Notes: generated by a model from the letters alone, not told the origin. Counted from the first letter of the stretch, positions 48,283 to 58,275 are shown. The stretch: DNA of 64,000 bases from Dehalococcoidia bacterium (GCA_965207225.1 CBDBLV010000005.1:1760001-1824000), one strand, 5' to 3'. Numbers and translations are program-made.

Positions 48283-49703
48283 GTATGGAAGAGCTATACA
48301 GGCACACAGCCCGTCAGATGGTCGAACTTCTGCGGACAAGGCAGGTTAGCCCACTTGAAGCGATAGACGCCGCCGTGGCTCGCATCGAAGCGACCGACGG
48401 GCATTTGAACGCTCTGCCTACCCTCTGCATCGAACGGGCCCGGGAACACGCCAATAAGCTAGTTGCCCAGCCGCCCGAAGATACAGGTCGGGGCCAACTG
48501 CACGGGCTCCCCATTGCTGTGAAGGACCTGGTGGATGTTGCTGGCGTGCGTAGTACCAAGGGATCGCCCATCTACGCAGACCGGGTGCCTGACGAATCGT
48601 CCTACTCCGTAAGCATCCTTGAAGGTAACGGCGCGGTCGTGATAGGCAAGTCCAACACACCGGAGTTCGGGGCCGGCGCCAACACCTTTAACGAGGTCTT
48701 CGGCAAGACCCGAAACCCGTCGGACACCCGTATGACGTGCGGCGGCTCATCAGGCGGGTCTGCCGTAGCTTTGGCTGCGGGACAAGCGTGGCTGGCCACG
48801 GGTAGCGACCTCGGCGGGAGCCTGAGGATTCCTGCCAGCTTCTGCTCGGTAGTGGGCCTTCGCCCGAGTCCGGGCCGCGTGCCTGAGGGCCCCAAGCTTT
48901 TGCCATTCGAGACCTTGTCCGTGGATGGGCCAATGGGCCGAACGGTTGGCGACGTTGCCCTGATGCTCGACGCCGAGGCGAGACATCATCCCGGTGACCC
49001 GCTGAGCTACCCTGCTCCGGAGACGCCCTACGTTGAAGCTGTGGACAACCCGGCTCCTCCGGCCAGGATAGCCTACACCCCCGATCTAGGTATTGCTCCC
49101 GTAGCTGGTGAGGTCAAGGATCTTTGCGCCAAAGCAGTAAAGCTCTTCGAAGGCATGTCTGAAGTAGAAGAGGACACCATCGACCTGTACGATGCCCGAG
49201 ACACCTTTCAGACCCTGAGGGCTGCCCAATTCGCGGCCAACATGAGGCCGCTTCTTGAGTCTAATCGCGATCAGTTGAAGCCCGAGGTTATCTGGAACAT
49301 CGAGAAGGGCTTGGCCCTGGATCGTCGGGAGGTGGAGAACGCCCAGGCTGCCCGAGGAGCGCTTTTCCACAGGGTCACTGAGTTTTTCTCGAGATATGAC
49401 TTGCTGGTCTGCCCGACGGTCTCGGTCCTGCCTTTCGACGTTAACATTCGTTACTTGACTGAAGTGGACGGCGTGCAGATGGACAACTACGTCGACTGGC
49501 TCCTCCTGACCTTCGCTCTGACACTCACGGCTTGCCCGGCCATCTCCGTCCCCTGTGGGTTCACTAAATCGGGGCTTCCCGTCGGACTTCAGCTAGTGGG
49601 CCCCCCGAGAGGCGAAGCCTCGTTGCTTTCGGCAGCAGCGCTTTTCGAAGAGGCGGCAGGATTGGCGGCAGAGGTGCCCATCGACCCGGTTGTTAGGCAC
49701 TAA
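48279..49703 (+). CDS. Amidase signature family enzyme
   Basis: IAVKD, GGSSGGS, GSDLGGSLRIPA; ATGA overlap with gnd. Confidence 0.93.
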   Translation: MSMEELYRHTARQMVELLRTRQVSPLEAIDAAVARIEATDGHLNALPTLCIERAREHANKLVAQPPEDTGRGQLHGLPIAVKDLVDVAGVRSTKGSPIYADRVPDESSYSVSILEGNGAVVIGKSNTPEFGAGANTFNEVFGKTRNPSDTRMTCGGSSGGSAVALAAGQAWLATGSDLGGSLRIPASFCSVVGLRPSPGRVPEGPKLLPFETLSVDGPMGRTVGDVALMLDAEARHHPGDPLSYPAPETPYVEAVDNPAPPARIAYTPDLGIAPVAGEVKDLCAKAVKLFEGMSEVEEDTIDLYDARDTFQTLRAAQFAANMRPLLESNRDQLKPEVIWNIEKGLALDRREVENAQAARGALFHRVTEFFSRYDLLVCPTVSVLPFDVNIRYLTEVDGVQMDNYVDWLLLTFALTLTACPAISVPCGFTKSGLPVGLQLVGPPRGEASLLSAAALFEEAAGLAAEVPIDPVVRH

Positions 49704-49706
49704 TGG

Positions 49707-49880
49707 CTAGGGGAAGACTTCTTCGTAGAGGCGGAGGAAGTTGCCGCCCATAATCCCCTCAACTTCCGAAGGGCTGAACTCCTGCTCCCGAAGGCCGTTG
49801 GTGATGTTGGGGATGTCGGCGGGGGTCTGGAACCAGGAAGGCCACTCGACTTCCTCTCCTCGCCAGTCCTCTGCGAGGAA
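49707..49880 (-). pseudogene. C-terminal remnant of a membrane dipeptidase (M19)-like gene
   Basis: Startless frame: WPSWFQTPADIPNITNGLREQEFSPSEVEGIMGGNFLRLYEEVFP*. Confidence 0.6.
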
Positions 49881-50031
49881 GCCCTGAGAGCCAGCAAGGC
49901 AGCGTACAATCCGCGATCAAGGTCCGCTGGTCGACTACAGGGTCAATCCAAGGTCGATCACATAGGAGCTCGGTTGTGCACTTTCAACAAGGCATCTTGA
50001 CATCACCAAGACTGGGCATCAGGATAAATCC

Positions 50032-50289
50032 GTGAGAACTACGCTGATATTGGACAACGACTTGGCCGAGGCCTTGCAGGAACAAGCACGGTTGCTAGGA
50101 ATCTCCTTCAAGCAGGTGGTCAACGATACGCTGCGGCGTGGTCTTTCGCCGAAGGCACAGGAGGAAAGGCCGGTCTTTCGAGTCAGACCACTGTCTGGGG
50201 GATTTCGGCCAGGTGTTGATCCGTTGAAACTCAACCAGCTTAATGACGAGCTGGAAGTTCAGGAATTTCTGGACAAATTTAGCGGATGA
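50032..50289 (+). CDS. VapB/CopG-type antitoxin
   Basis: MRTTL.LD.DL…SFKQVVN..LRRGL, GVD..KLNQL.DELE. Confidence 0.85.
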   Translation: MRTTLILDNDLAEALQEQARLLGISFKQVVNDTLRRGLSPKAQEERPVFRVRPLSGGFRPGVDPLKLNQLNDELEVQEFLDKFSG

Positions 50290-50587
50290 TCATTCCTTAC
50301 CTAAACCTGCTGCTTTACGCGTACACCGATGATTCTCCGTTACACCACAGCTTGCCTTGGACTTCGTAGAGGAGTGGGTCCGATTCCCGCACGTGACTAC
50401 GATCAATCTTGGAAGCAGTCATTTGGACCATCTTCGGAGGGACCTTGTTGCGGCAGGTGTCGGGGGCAATCTCGTGACTGATGCCCATATCGCCGCCGTA
50501 GCCATGGAATATCAGGCAGAGGTCCATTGTAACGACGCCGACTTTAGCCGATTCCCGGGCCTTCGGTAGCGCAATCCATTTAAGTAG
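50286..50587 (+). pseudogene. vapC: VapC PIN toxin pseudogene
   Basis: MIIPYLNLLLYAY start (catalytic Asp->Tyr), internal deletion/frameshift, GNLVTDAHIAA..DADFSRFPGLR then TAG before RNPFK. Confidence 0.8.
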
Positions 50588-50611
50588 TCGAATGAGACTA
50601 GAGCCTGGTAA

Positions 50612-51835
50612 GTGACCATGTCCAAATTGCTGGAAGGCATAAGAGTCTTGGAGCTTGGTAGTTTTGTTGCCGTACCCGCTGCCGGCACAATTCTTGCGGA
50701 TCTCGGAGCCGAGGTGGTGAAGGTGGAGCACCCCGTCACCGGTGACCCGGGCCGAGGTTTCGATGTCAACGCCAAGGGGGTCATCACCCACGAGGGTGGG
50801 CTGAACATATCCTTTGAGCTCCTTAACAGGGGCAAGAAGAGCATCGCCGTGGACCTGGCAAGCCCGTCAGGGCAGGGGATCATCCATCGGTTGGCCTCGC
50901 ACTTCGACGTGGTGGTCACAAACCTGACTCCTCATCGACAGGAGCGTTACAGGGTCCGTTACGAAGACCTGTCTGCTGTCAACGAAGGGCTGATATACGT
51001 GGTGCTTACAGGGTACGGAATGGAGGGCCCCGAGAAGAATCGCTCAGGGTTTGATTATGCAGCCTTTTGGGCGAGGTCGGGACTGATGGGCATGTTGGGC
51101 CAGGTGGGGAGCCCTCCCGTGCAGGAACGGCCCGCAATGGGCGATCTGACTACTGCTCTTGGCCTGACCACAGCAGTTGGGATGGCGTTGTTCGAACGGA
51201 CTCGGTCCGGCAAAGGTCAACTTATCGAAACGTCACTGTTGCACACGGGAATGTGGGTGATGGGCCCTGATCTGATCGTTGCGCTCAAGGACAGGGAACC
51301 GGTACGCCGCAACCTCCGAACGGACGTCATCAACCCGATTTTCAACTTTTACGAGGCAAAGGACGGGAAGTGGTTGCAACTGGTTATGGTCCACGGAGAC
51401 AAGTACTGGCCCAGCTTTTGCCGCGCCCTTGAATTAGAGGAACTCATCAACGACCCGAGGTTCGACTCCCTACAAAAGCGATCTGAGAACAACGTTGAAC
51501 TTATCAAGCTGCTTGACGATATATTCGCCAAGAAAACCCGCGATGAATGGGCGGAACGCCTGGAAGCCGAGGACTGCATGTGGGGCCCGATCCAGACCCT
51601 GGATGAAGTAATCGCCGACCCCCAGGCCGCGGCCAACGGCTATTTCCTGAATTTGATGCACCCGTCGGAAGGGGAGTTTACCTTGGTCTCGCCACCAGTG
51701 AAGTTCTCACGGACGCCCGGAGAAACACCAGACGTAGCCCCCGAGTTTGGGCAGCACACCGAAGAGCAGCTACTCTCAGTCGGCTATAGTTGGGATGATA
51801 TAGACAGGCTGCGAGATGAGGGTGCCATAGTCTAG
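50612..51835 (+). CDS. CaiB/BaiF class III CoA-transferase
   Basis: LEGIRVLE, LADLGAEVVKVE, NRGKKS, MGD, GQHT. Confidence 0.93.
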   Translation: MTMSKLLEGIRVLELGSFVAVPAAGTILADLGAEVVKVEHPVTGDPGRGFDVNAKGVITHEGGLNISFELLNRGKKSIAVDLASPSGQGIIHRLASHFDVVVTNLTPHRQERYRVRYEDLSAVNEGLIYVVLTGYGMEGPEKNRSGFDYAAFWARSGLMGMLGQVGSPPVQERPAMGDLTTALGLTTAVGMALFERTRSGKGQLIETSLLHTGMWVMGPDLIVALKDREPVRRNLRTDVINPIFNFYEAKDGKWLQLVMVHGDKYWPSFCRALELEELINDPRFDSLQKRSENNVELIKLLDDIFAKKTRDEWAERLEAEDCMWGPIQTLDEVIADPQAAANGYFLNLMHPSEGEFTLVSPPVKFSRTPGETPDVAPEFGQHTEEQLLSVGYSWDDIDRLRDEGAIV

Positions 51836-51847
51836 CTGAGCAATGAG

Positions 51848-51882
51848 AAAGGGGAGGGCCTCGGAGTGACCCTCCCCTTTTT
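51848..51882. terminator. Bidirectional intrinsic terminator
   Basis: AAAGGGGAGGG…CCCTCCCCTTTTT between convergent genes. Confidence 0.75.
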
Positions 51883-51909
51883 GCTCATTTCCGGGTTTGC
51901 CCTGTCGCT

Positions 51910-54189
51910 TTAGCCGCCGTTCTTGTTCTTCAGCGCTTCAGTGACTGCACCCGGGTTCATGGGGGTGGAGGTGAGGCGCACGCCGACTGCCTTGTGAATG
52001 GCGTTGGCAATCACCGCAATTGGCGGAACGATGCTGGCTTCACCAACACCTCTAACTCCGTATGGGTGGCCGGGGTTCGGGCACTCCACGATTACCGTGT
52101 CGATCATCGGGAGGTCCAGGGAGGTGGGCATACGGTAGTCCAGGAAGCTGCTGTTGGTGAAATCTCCGTCGCTGTAGTAATACTCTTCGTTCAGAGACCA
52201 CCCGATTCCCTGGACGGCGCCACCCTGCATCTGCCCTTCCACGTAGCTGGGGTGAACGGCCTTTCCGGCATCCTGGAAGGCGGTGTAGCGAAGCAGTTCC
52301 ACTTTTCCGGTCTCGGGGTCAACCTCCACGTCGGCGATGGCGCCGGCGTAGGAGCCGCCGATTCCCGAGGGATTTACGGAGGCGCTGCCCACAACAGGGC
52401 CGCCCACCTCTCGGGCCCGACCAGCCAGCTCCTTGAAGGTCATCTTTAGCTCGGAATCGGACTTGGAGCTGATTACGCCCTTCTCGTACTGAATGTCGCT
52501 TTCTTCAACTTCCCAGAGTTGGGCAGCCCGCCCGATCATTTGCGTCTTGACATCCTCTGCAGCGCCACAGGCTGCGAGACCCGTGGCGAATGTGGTGCGG
52601 CTGCCGTCCGACTGAGCGGTGAATCCGATGGAGTCCGTGTCGACCACCGCGGGATTTACGTCTTCGGCGCGGATGCCGAGGACTTCGGCGGCCTGCATTG
52701 CGATGGATGCCCTGGTCCCGCCAATGTCTGCGGAGCCCTCCAGGAGGTTGATGGTCCCGTCATCGTTGACGCTGATGGTGCAGGCAGAGGGCTCGCCGAT
52801 GTTGAACCAGAAACCGAGCCCCACGCCCCGACCACGATTCGCGCCCTCCAGCGGGGCGCTGTAGTGGGGGTGGCTCTTTATCGCTTCCATGATTTCCATG
52901 GACCCGATTCTCGGGTTGATGGGGCCGTCGATTCGGCGGGTGCCTTCCTTGGCTGCGTTGGCCAGGCGGAGTTCTACAGGCTCCATGCCCAGTTTCTCGG
53001 CTAGCTGGTCGACCAGCTGCTCGCTGGCGAAGGTGGCGTTGGGAGCTCCCGGGGCCCGGTATGCCGCGGACTTCGGCTTGTTAACTACTACGTCGTAGCC
53101 TTCCGACATCTGATTGGGGATGTCGTAGGCGGCGAATATGCACATGGTGCCGCAGATGACCAGAGCGCCGGGATATGCGCCGGCATCGTAGGCCAGGTAG
53201 GACTCGCAGGCGACCATTTTGCCGTCTCTTGTGGCTCCCAGCCTCGCCTTTACGTAGGAGGCGCAGGTCGGGCCGGTGGCCTCGAAGACTTCTCGTCGGG
53301 ACATGACGATTTTGACGGGATGGCCAGACTTCTTGGAAAGGAGGGCAGCGACCGGCTCTATGTAGATCTCGGTCTTGCCGCCGAACCCCCCGCCGATCTC
53401 CTGGGTGATTACTTTGACCTGGGAAACGGGAATGCCGAGGATATCGGCGGTGCGGTCCCTTACGAGGAACCCGCCCTGGGTGCTGCAATAGACGATGACT
53501 CGGCCGTCCTCATTCCAGAGCACGGTGCAGGGGTGGGGCTCGATGTAGCCTTGGTGGACTGTCGGGCAGGTAAATTCGCCTTCGACAATCACGTCGGCCT
53601 CTGCGAAGCCCTTTTCAATGTCGCCCTGCTCCAACTTGTAGTAACTGGCGATATTGCCCGGCTTGTCGGCCTTAGTTCCGCCTATGTCGGCGTACATATC
53701 GTCGTGAAGGAGAGGGGCGCTGTCTTTCATTGCATCGCGTGCGTTGAATACGCCGGGGAGGACTTCATAGTCGACTTCAATGAGTTCGGCGGCGTCTTCG
53801 GCGATGTGGGCGCTGGTGGCGGCCACGGCGGCAATGGCGTGGCCCTGGTATAAGGCCTTATCGCCGGCCAGGATGTTGTTCCGTCGCCACCTGAGGCCCT
53901 GGTCGTCACCTGGATCGGGGAGATCCGCGCCGGTGATTACGGCCTTTACGCCTTCCAAAGCTTCTGCCTTGCTGGTATCGATAGACTTGATTCGGGCGTG
54001 AGCATGTGGACTGCGCAAGATTTTCCCATGCAGGGGTACGGTCTTGGGGAAGTCGGCGCCGTAGTTCGCCCGACCCGTTACCTTGTCGGCACCGTCGTGG
54101 CGGATAGGCCTGGACCCGACTACGTCGTAGTGGGTATTCGCCAGTACAACATTCGGCTCATAGTCCTGCTTGGATTTGGTGGTGGTCAT
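51910..54189 (-). CDS. Xanthine dehydrogenase-family molybdopterin-binding large subunit
   Basis: KVTG.A.Y, RSPHAHA.I, GGGFGGK, AYRAPG, GQ..GG..QG.G, GVGE. Confidence 0.92.
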   Translation of the reverse strand: MTTTKSKQDYEPNVVLANTHYDVVGSRPIRHDGADKVTGRANYGADFPKTVPLHGKILRSPHAHARIKSIDTSKAEALEGVKAVITGADLPDPGDDQGLRWRRNNILAGDKALYQGHAIAAVAATSAHIAEDAAELIEVDYEVLPGVFNARDAMKDSAPLLHDDMYADIGGTKADKPGNIASYYKLEQGDIEKGFAEADVIVEGEFTCPTVHQGYIEPHPCTVLWNEDGRVIVYCSTQGGFLVRDRTADILGIPVSQVKVITQEIGGGFGGKTEIYIEPVAALLSKKSGHPVKIVMSRREVFEATGPTCASYVKARLGATRDGKMVACESYLAYDAGAYPGALVICGTMCIFAAYDIPNQMSEGYDVVVNKPKSAAYRAPGAPNATFASEQLVDQLAEKLGMEPVELRLANAAKEGTRRIDGPINPRIGSMEIMEAIKSHPHYSAPLEGANRGRGVGLGFWFNIGEPSACTISVNDDGTINLLEGSADIGGTRASIAMQAAEVLGIRAEDVNPAVVDTDSIGFTAQSDGSRTTFATGLAACGAAEDVKTQMIGRAAQLWEVEESDIQYEKGVISSKSDSELKMTFKELAGRAREVGGPVVGSASVNPSGIGGSYAGAIADVEVDPETGKVELLRYTAFQDAGKAVHPSYVEGQMQGGAVQGIGWSLNEEYYYSDGDFTNSSFLDYRMPTSLDLPMIDTVIVECPNPGHPYGVRGVGEASIVPPIAVIANAIHKAVGVRLTSTPMNPGAVTEALKNKNGG

Positions 54190-54215
54190 GTTGCCAGCTC
54201 CTTATTGGATTGCTA

Positions 54216-55904
54216 TCAGGATACCATGTCACGGCTGCGCAGTAGTTGGCCCGGAAGGGCGCCTGTGCAGTCGTTTCCTTCGAATGTTACTACACCGTTA
54301 ACCAGTGTGTATCGTAAACCGGTGGGTTTCTGGATGATGCGGCGTTCACCGCCGGGGAAATCGTGGGAGTGGACCATCTTGTCGTAGTGGAAACCGAGCT
54401 CATCCAGGTTGTAGACCATGATGTCGGCCCAGTCCCCGACCCTTAACGTGCCCCGGTCCTTGAAGTCTGCGAACCAGCCGGGGAGAGCGCTCATCTTGTA
54501 GTGGCCCTGCTCCAGGCTCATGATCTGCTTGTCCCTGATCCAGTAGGTCAGAAATTCCACCGGCCATGTACTGGTCGTCAGGTACCGGGTGTGGGCGCCG
54601 CCGTCGGAGACGGAAACGTGGCCGTAGGGGCTGAGGATGTTTTCGTCAAGAGGCCGGGGGTCGACGGGGTGAGAGAAGACGGTTTCCAGGCCCTCGTCCA
54701 AGGCCAGGTCAAGGAATGCGTCGACGGGATGCTTGCCTTCGGCTGCCGCTATTTCGGCGATGGTGCTGCCGTCATATTTGTAATTTCGCTCGTGGACCGT
54801 CTCCAGGACCGTTACGCGAGTCCAGTCGGTGCGCAGGAGGTTCTGCTCGTCGGCGCCTTTCTTCATGGCTGTGCGGATGTCCGGGTCTTTGAGTTTAAGG
54901 GTGCGCTCTTCGATTGATCCGACGAGGGGATCTACCCAGCTGGGTATGGAGTCGAAGAGGTTGTACTCGGAAAGCTGGAATTCGGCGTTGATCTCCATCA
55001 CCAGTTCCTGGGTGAAGAGAGGCAGACCCTCGGCGCGAGACCTATGCACCCATTCATCCCTGGCGGATTCCTGTTCCAAAAGAACGTGGAGGGGCCGGCC
55101 ACTTACGCGCATCAGCTGTGTGAGAAGTTCCCGCTGCTTTTGAGGGCTCTTCTCGGGAGGGAGGCCGCCGGAATTGGCGATTGTCCAGCCGATGTGGCCG
55201 ACAGCAAACTCGCTGAGCACCTCGGAGAGGGCGATGTATTCCTCATTGGAGGCCACGTGACTCGGGAGCCAGGAGCCGTCTTCGGGTCGGTCGCCGGTGT
55301 TCATGTCGGTTGAGAAGCCGAAGGCGCCTGCTTGCATCGCCTCGTGGAAGATACGTTTCATCTCGTTGAGCTCAGCATCGGTAACGGAGGTGCGCTCCCG
55401 AGACTCGAGCATACCCAACACGTAACCCCTCAAAGGCGAGAAGGGGAACACGGAGCCGACGTTGACCCCCAGACCCTGGCTGTCGAGGCTGTCGAGGTAC
55501 TCGGGGAAGGTCTCCCAGTCCCACCGCATTCCCATCCGCATGGACTCAAGCGGGATGGCCTCGATGCGGTTCATCATCCGCATGTTCAGTTCCCGGTCCT
55601 CAGGCCTAGTGGGCGCGAAACCGAACCCGCACTGGCCTATGGTCAGGGAGGTCACACCGAACCATCCTGAAAGGGAGCAGTAGGGGTCCCAGTTGAGCTG
55701 GGCGTCGTAGTGGGTATGGAGATCAATAGCGCCGGGCGCTACTATGCAACCTGTAGCATCGATTTCCTGGGCGCCTCCTGCGAGGATGCGGCCACTGATG
55801 CGAGCCACCCGGCCGTCCTTGATAGCGAGGTCTCCGCGGTACCGGGGGATGCCGGTGCCGTCCACAATGGTCCCGCCTCTGATTACGACGTCAAATTCTT
55901 TCAA
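54216..55904 (-). CDS. N-acyl-D-amino-acid deacylase family amidohydrolase
   Basis: DGTG, APG.IDLHTHYD, GQCG, SDGGAH; TTG start after GGAGG. Confidence 0.88.
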   Translation of the reverse strand: MKEFDVVIRGGTIVDGTGIPRYRGDLAIKDGRVARISGRILAGGAQEIDATGCIVAPGAIDLHTHYDAQLNWDPYCSLSGWFGVTSLTIGQCGFGFAPTRPEDRELNMRMMNRIEAIPLESMRMGMRWDWETFPEYLDSLDSQGLGVNVGSVFPFSPLRGYVLGMLESRERTSVTDAELNEMKRIFHEAMQAGAFGFSTDMNTGDRPEDGSWLPSHVASNEEYIALSEVLSEFAVGHIGWTIANSGGLPPEKSPQKQRELLTQLMRVSGRPLHVLLEQESARDEWVHRSRAEGLPLFTQELVMEINAEFQLSEYNLFDSIPSWVDPLVGSIEERTLKLKDPDIRTAMKKGADEQNLLRTDWTRVTVLETVHERNYKYDGSTIAEIAAAEGKHPVDAFLDLALDEGLETVFSHPVDPRPLDENILSPYGHVSVSDGGAHTRYLTTSTWPVEFLTYWIRDKQIMSLEQGHYKMSALPGWFADFKDRGTLRVGDWADIMVYNLDELGFHYDKMVHSHDFPGGERRIIQKPTGLRYTLVNGVVTFEGNDCTGALPGQLLRSRDMVS

Positions 55905-56563
55905 GGCGATGCCTCCGATGATCGTACTTCGGTGTGGCCGGGGGTTCAGGGGCATTATACAGGCCGATGGGGCTTAGTACACCTGATTGTGTGCGTTCGG
56001 TGGAGAAGAGGTACAGTGGCTTCGCATTCAGTTGTGGGGTTTTCATTTTCGTTCTGTCTGTTTTGGAGGGGTGGGCGATGGAAGGCCCGGTATTCAGTTT
56101 CAGGGGGCGGGAGGCCAGCCTGGTTCAGCCCCGTGTTCCTGTGTCACATGGCAGACAAGCGAGGAGACCTCGCCTGAGGGCGTCTCTACCACCAGTTTCT
56201 CAGTTTTCCTGACCCACTCGGAGGGGTGGGGAGGTGTTTTCTCGCTGCCGTCGCTGGGTTAAAGGGAATCTCCGAGGGGAACGACGGGGGAGATTTTCCA
56301 AGGGCCATAAGGCCCGAGTTTTTTCGGCAGGGCTCCTATATGAGGGGCGTGCCGCTTAATGTTGTGGACCTTCCATCGCCTGGATGGATGGGGAGGGAGG
56401 TACGTGACCCGTGGTGAGGGGGTGACGCTCTTGGCTTGGGCCTCGGGCCTGCGCGAGGGCCTTTGGGATGGGCCGGGGCGTTGAGTCCTCGGGTGGGGTC
56501 CCGGGGGCTTCCCTGGATTTTTGGATCCTCCTTACGGTTGGTATCGGGTCTAGACTTAGAACA

Positions 56564-56592
56564 AATATAAAGCTCAAATGTTTACATGTCAA
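56564..56592 (-). promoter_or_regulatory. Putative sigma70 promoter TTGACA-17-TATATT
   Basis: Perfect -35; flanks homologous to 44300-44390. Confidence 0.6.
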
Positions 56593-56635
56593 GGGGCAAT
56601 GTCACATTTGGGGGATATCCCCCCGGCCCTCCAAG

Positions 56636-56756
56636 GGAACCCTCACCCCCTTGGTCCCCCTCTCCCTTAGGGCCTTTAAGGGAGAGGGGGAAAGAAGAAC
56701 AGAGGCCCACGTGGGTGCATCGCACCCACGTGGGCCTCTAGTTCAGTACTGAGGAG
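56636..56756 (-). repeat. ~120-bp double-hairpin dispersed element (copy 2)
   Basis: Perfect 18-bp stem at 56701-56739; hairpin B core matches copy 1. Confidence 0.9.
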
Positions 56757-56762
56757 ACAGAA

Positions 56763-56880
56763 CCCCGCCCCAGATTCCTCGCGGGGCATCGGAATGACAG
56801 GGGAGGGAAGGGGGTGTGTGGCAAAGGATAGGGTGAGTTTAGGGAGGGGCGCGGCAGATTCCTTGCGGGGCATCGGAATG
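56763..56880 (-). repeat. Two REP-like units (G)TCATTCCGATGCCCCGC(G/A)AGGAATCT
   Basis: Match the 8295 and 8470 units. Confidence 0.8.
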
Positions 56881-56913
56881 GGAAGAGAGGGGCTCTGGAT
56901 TTTGGGGGAGGAC

Positions 56914-57654
56914 TCAGGCAGACAGGGGGACGGGCCCCGACAATAGCCTACCGAAACCCTCTATGGGCGCAGTCAAACCAAGCTTGCCGAAAATGGCCCA
57001 GATGTTGGCCTGGTTTGACGTTGTCGCCGGTTTGCCGGTCATCTGTTCCAGCCTGTCGACGATCTCCAGGGCGCGCCACGCGGTACAGGAGCAGAAGGTG
57101 CCGTCGGCCTCGGGGTGGAGGGCCTGTACCGAGAAGTCGAGGATGTCCTCCGGTTCGCGGTCGTCGATCATCCGGCCATCGGCTTCACGGGTCCAGTCGT
57201 CGGCTTCCAGGTTCAGAACCTCGAACCCCGACTTCTCCATGTAGTCCCGCAGCCTGTCATTGTTCCATTTTGGATAGGGCGTTGTAATCGACAGCTTCCT
57301 GATGCCAAGTGAGCGCAGGGCCATGGCCACGGAATGCGTTGTCACCGCCGCCGGAAGCCCCGACTCGTCCTCGATCATGCGAATCAGTTCTTGATCCCAG
57401 CCCGGGCCCCGGTAGAAGCTGGAAGTCGTCCCCCCGTAGGCGATGGCGTCCATCCGGGCAGTTGTCAGATACCGGACAGCATTCAGGACTTCCGAGTTCA
57501 TGCGGTCCATGTCGTTCTTGCCGAGACCGTTTTCAGGCAGCCACATGCGGTGGCTGTGGAGGGTGACGTTTGGCGGCGCGGTCATGTAGAAGTCCGGTTC
57601 GTATGTGGCGTCGGAGGACGGGACTATGAGGCCGATTCTTATGCGTGGTGGCAT
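56914..57654 (-). CDS. Asp/Glu racemase-superfamily protein (maleate isomerase/arylmalonate decarboxylase-like)
   Basis: IGLIVPS, TPY, SCT.W, TSNQA..W; first Cys site reads GGT. Confidence 0.85.
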   Translation of the reverse strand: MPPRIRIGLIVPSSDATYEPDFYMTAPPNVTLHSHRMWLPENGLGKNDMDRMNSEVLNAVRYLTTARMDAIAYGGTTSSFYRGPGWDQELIRMIEDESGLPAAVTTHSVAMALRSLGIRKLSITTPYPKWNNDRLRDYMEKSGFEVLNLEADDWTREADGRMIDDREPEDILDFSVQALHPEADGTFCSCTAWRALEIVDRLEQMTGKPATTSNQANIWAIFGKLGLTAPIEGFGRLLSGPVPLSA

Positions 57655-57910
57655 CGATGTCCTCTTCGGGCTCGTTTGAAGTATGTGACTCCGGGATTCG
57701 GTGTTCCCCGGTGCAAAATAACCAACCGGAATGGGACTTGGTCAAAAGCCTGCTAAGTGAGGCACTGGGTAACTGTACAGTCCAGAAATCAACATGTCTA
57801 ATGAGACTAGCAGGCGGGGCAAGCAAGCCTTCGGCCTCAATCATCACCTTTGGATGTTAATATAATCATAAGACTGACTGTGGAGTCGCAGTGACGGTCG
57901 AGGCTGTGCC

Positions 57911-58138
57911 ATGCAGAGGACTATAAGGGCAAAGTTTAAAGACGGACACATCGTACCGATGGAACCCCTGGACGTACCGGAGGGGGAAGACCTGCTTGTA
58001 ACCTTTGAGGATTCAGCAGCTGATGGTGTCGAAGCGGAGGATGCGGCCCTGGCTCGGGCTATCGACGAGGGACTGAAGAGCAAGGTCGTCGACAGGGCCC
58101 AAGTAGTCCGAGTCCTGCAAGGACAGGATGGAACTTGA
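57911..58138 (+). CDS. DUF104/AF2212-like antitoxin
   Basis: TIRA.F.DG...P.EPLD.PEG; overlaps the start of the downstream toxin fragment. Confidence 0.7.
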   Translation: MQRTIRAKFKDGHIVPMEPLDVPEGEDLLVTFEDSAADGVEAEDAALARAIDEGLKSKVVDRAQVVRVLQGQDGT

Positions 58139-58256
58139 GTTCCGGGCCAGCTTCATCCGAGACCTGAAGCGGGTGCGAGACCACACCGTCCTTGAAAGAA
58201 CCAGCGCTTTAATCGAGGAACTCGAAGCCGCAGAGTCTCTGAAGATGCAGGCTTAA
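58128..58256 (+). pseudogene. Truncated RelE/ParE toxin (42 aa)
   Basis: MELEFRASFIRDLKRV…IEELEAAESL then stop; C-terminal YR.R.GDYR half absent. Confidence 0.7.
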
Positions 58257-58275
58257 AGGGTAGCTGGCACGCCGC

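Noticed and set aside
51910-54189. Aerobic CO dehydrogenase CoxL
   Set aside because: The active-site loop is AYRAPG, not AYxCSFR (form I) or AYxGAGR (form II)
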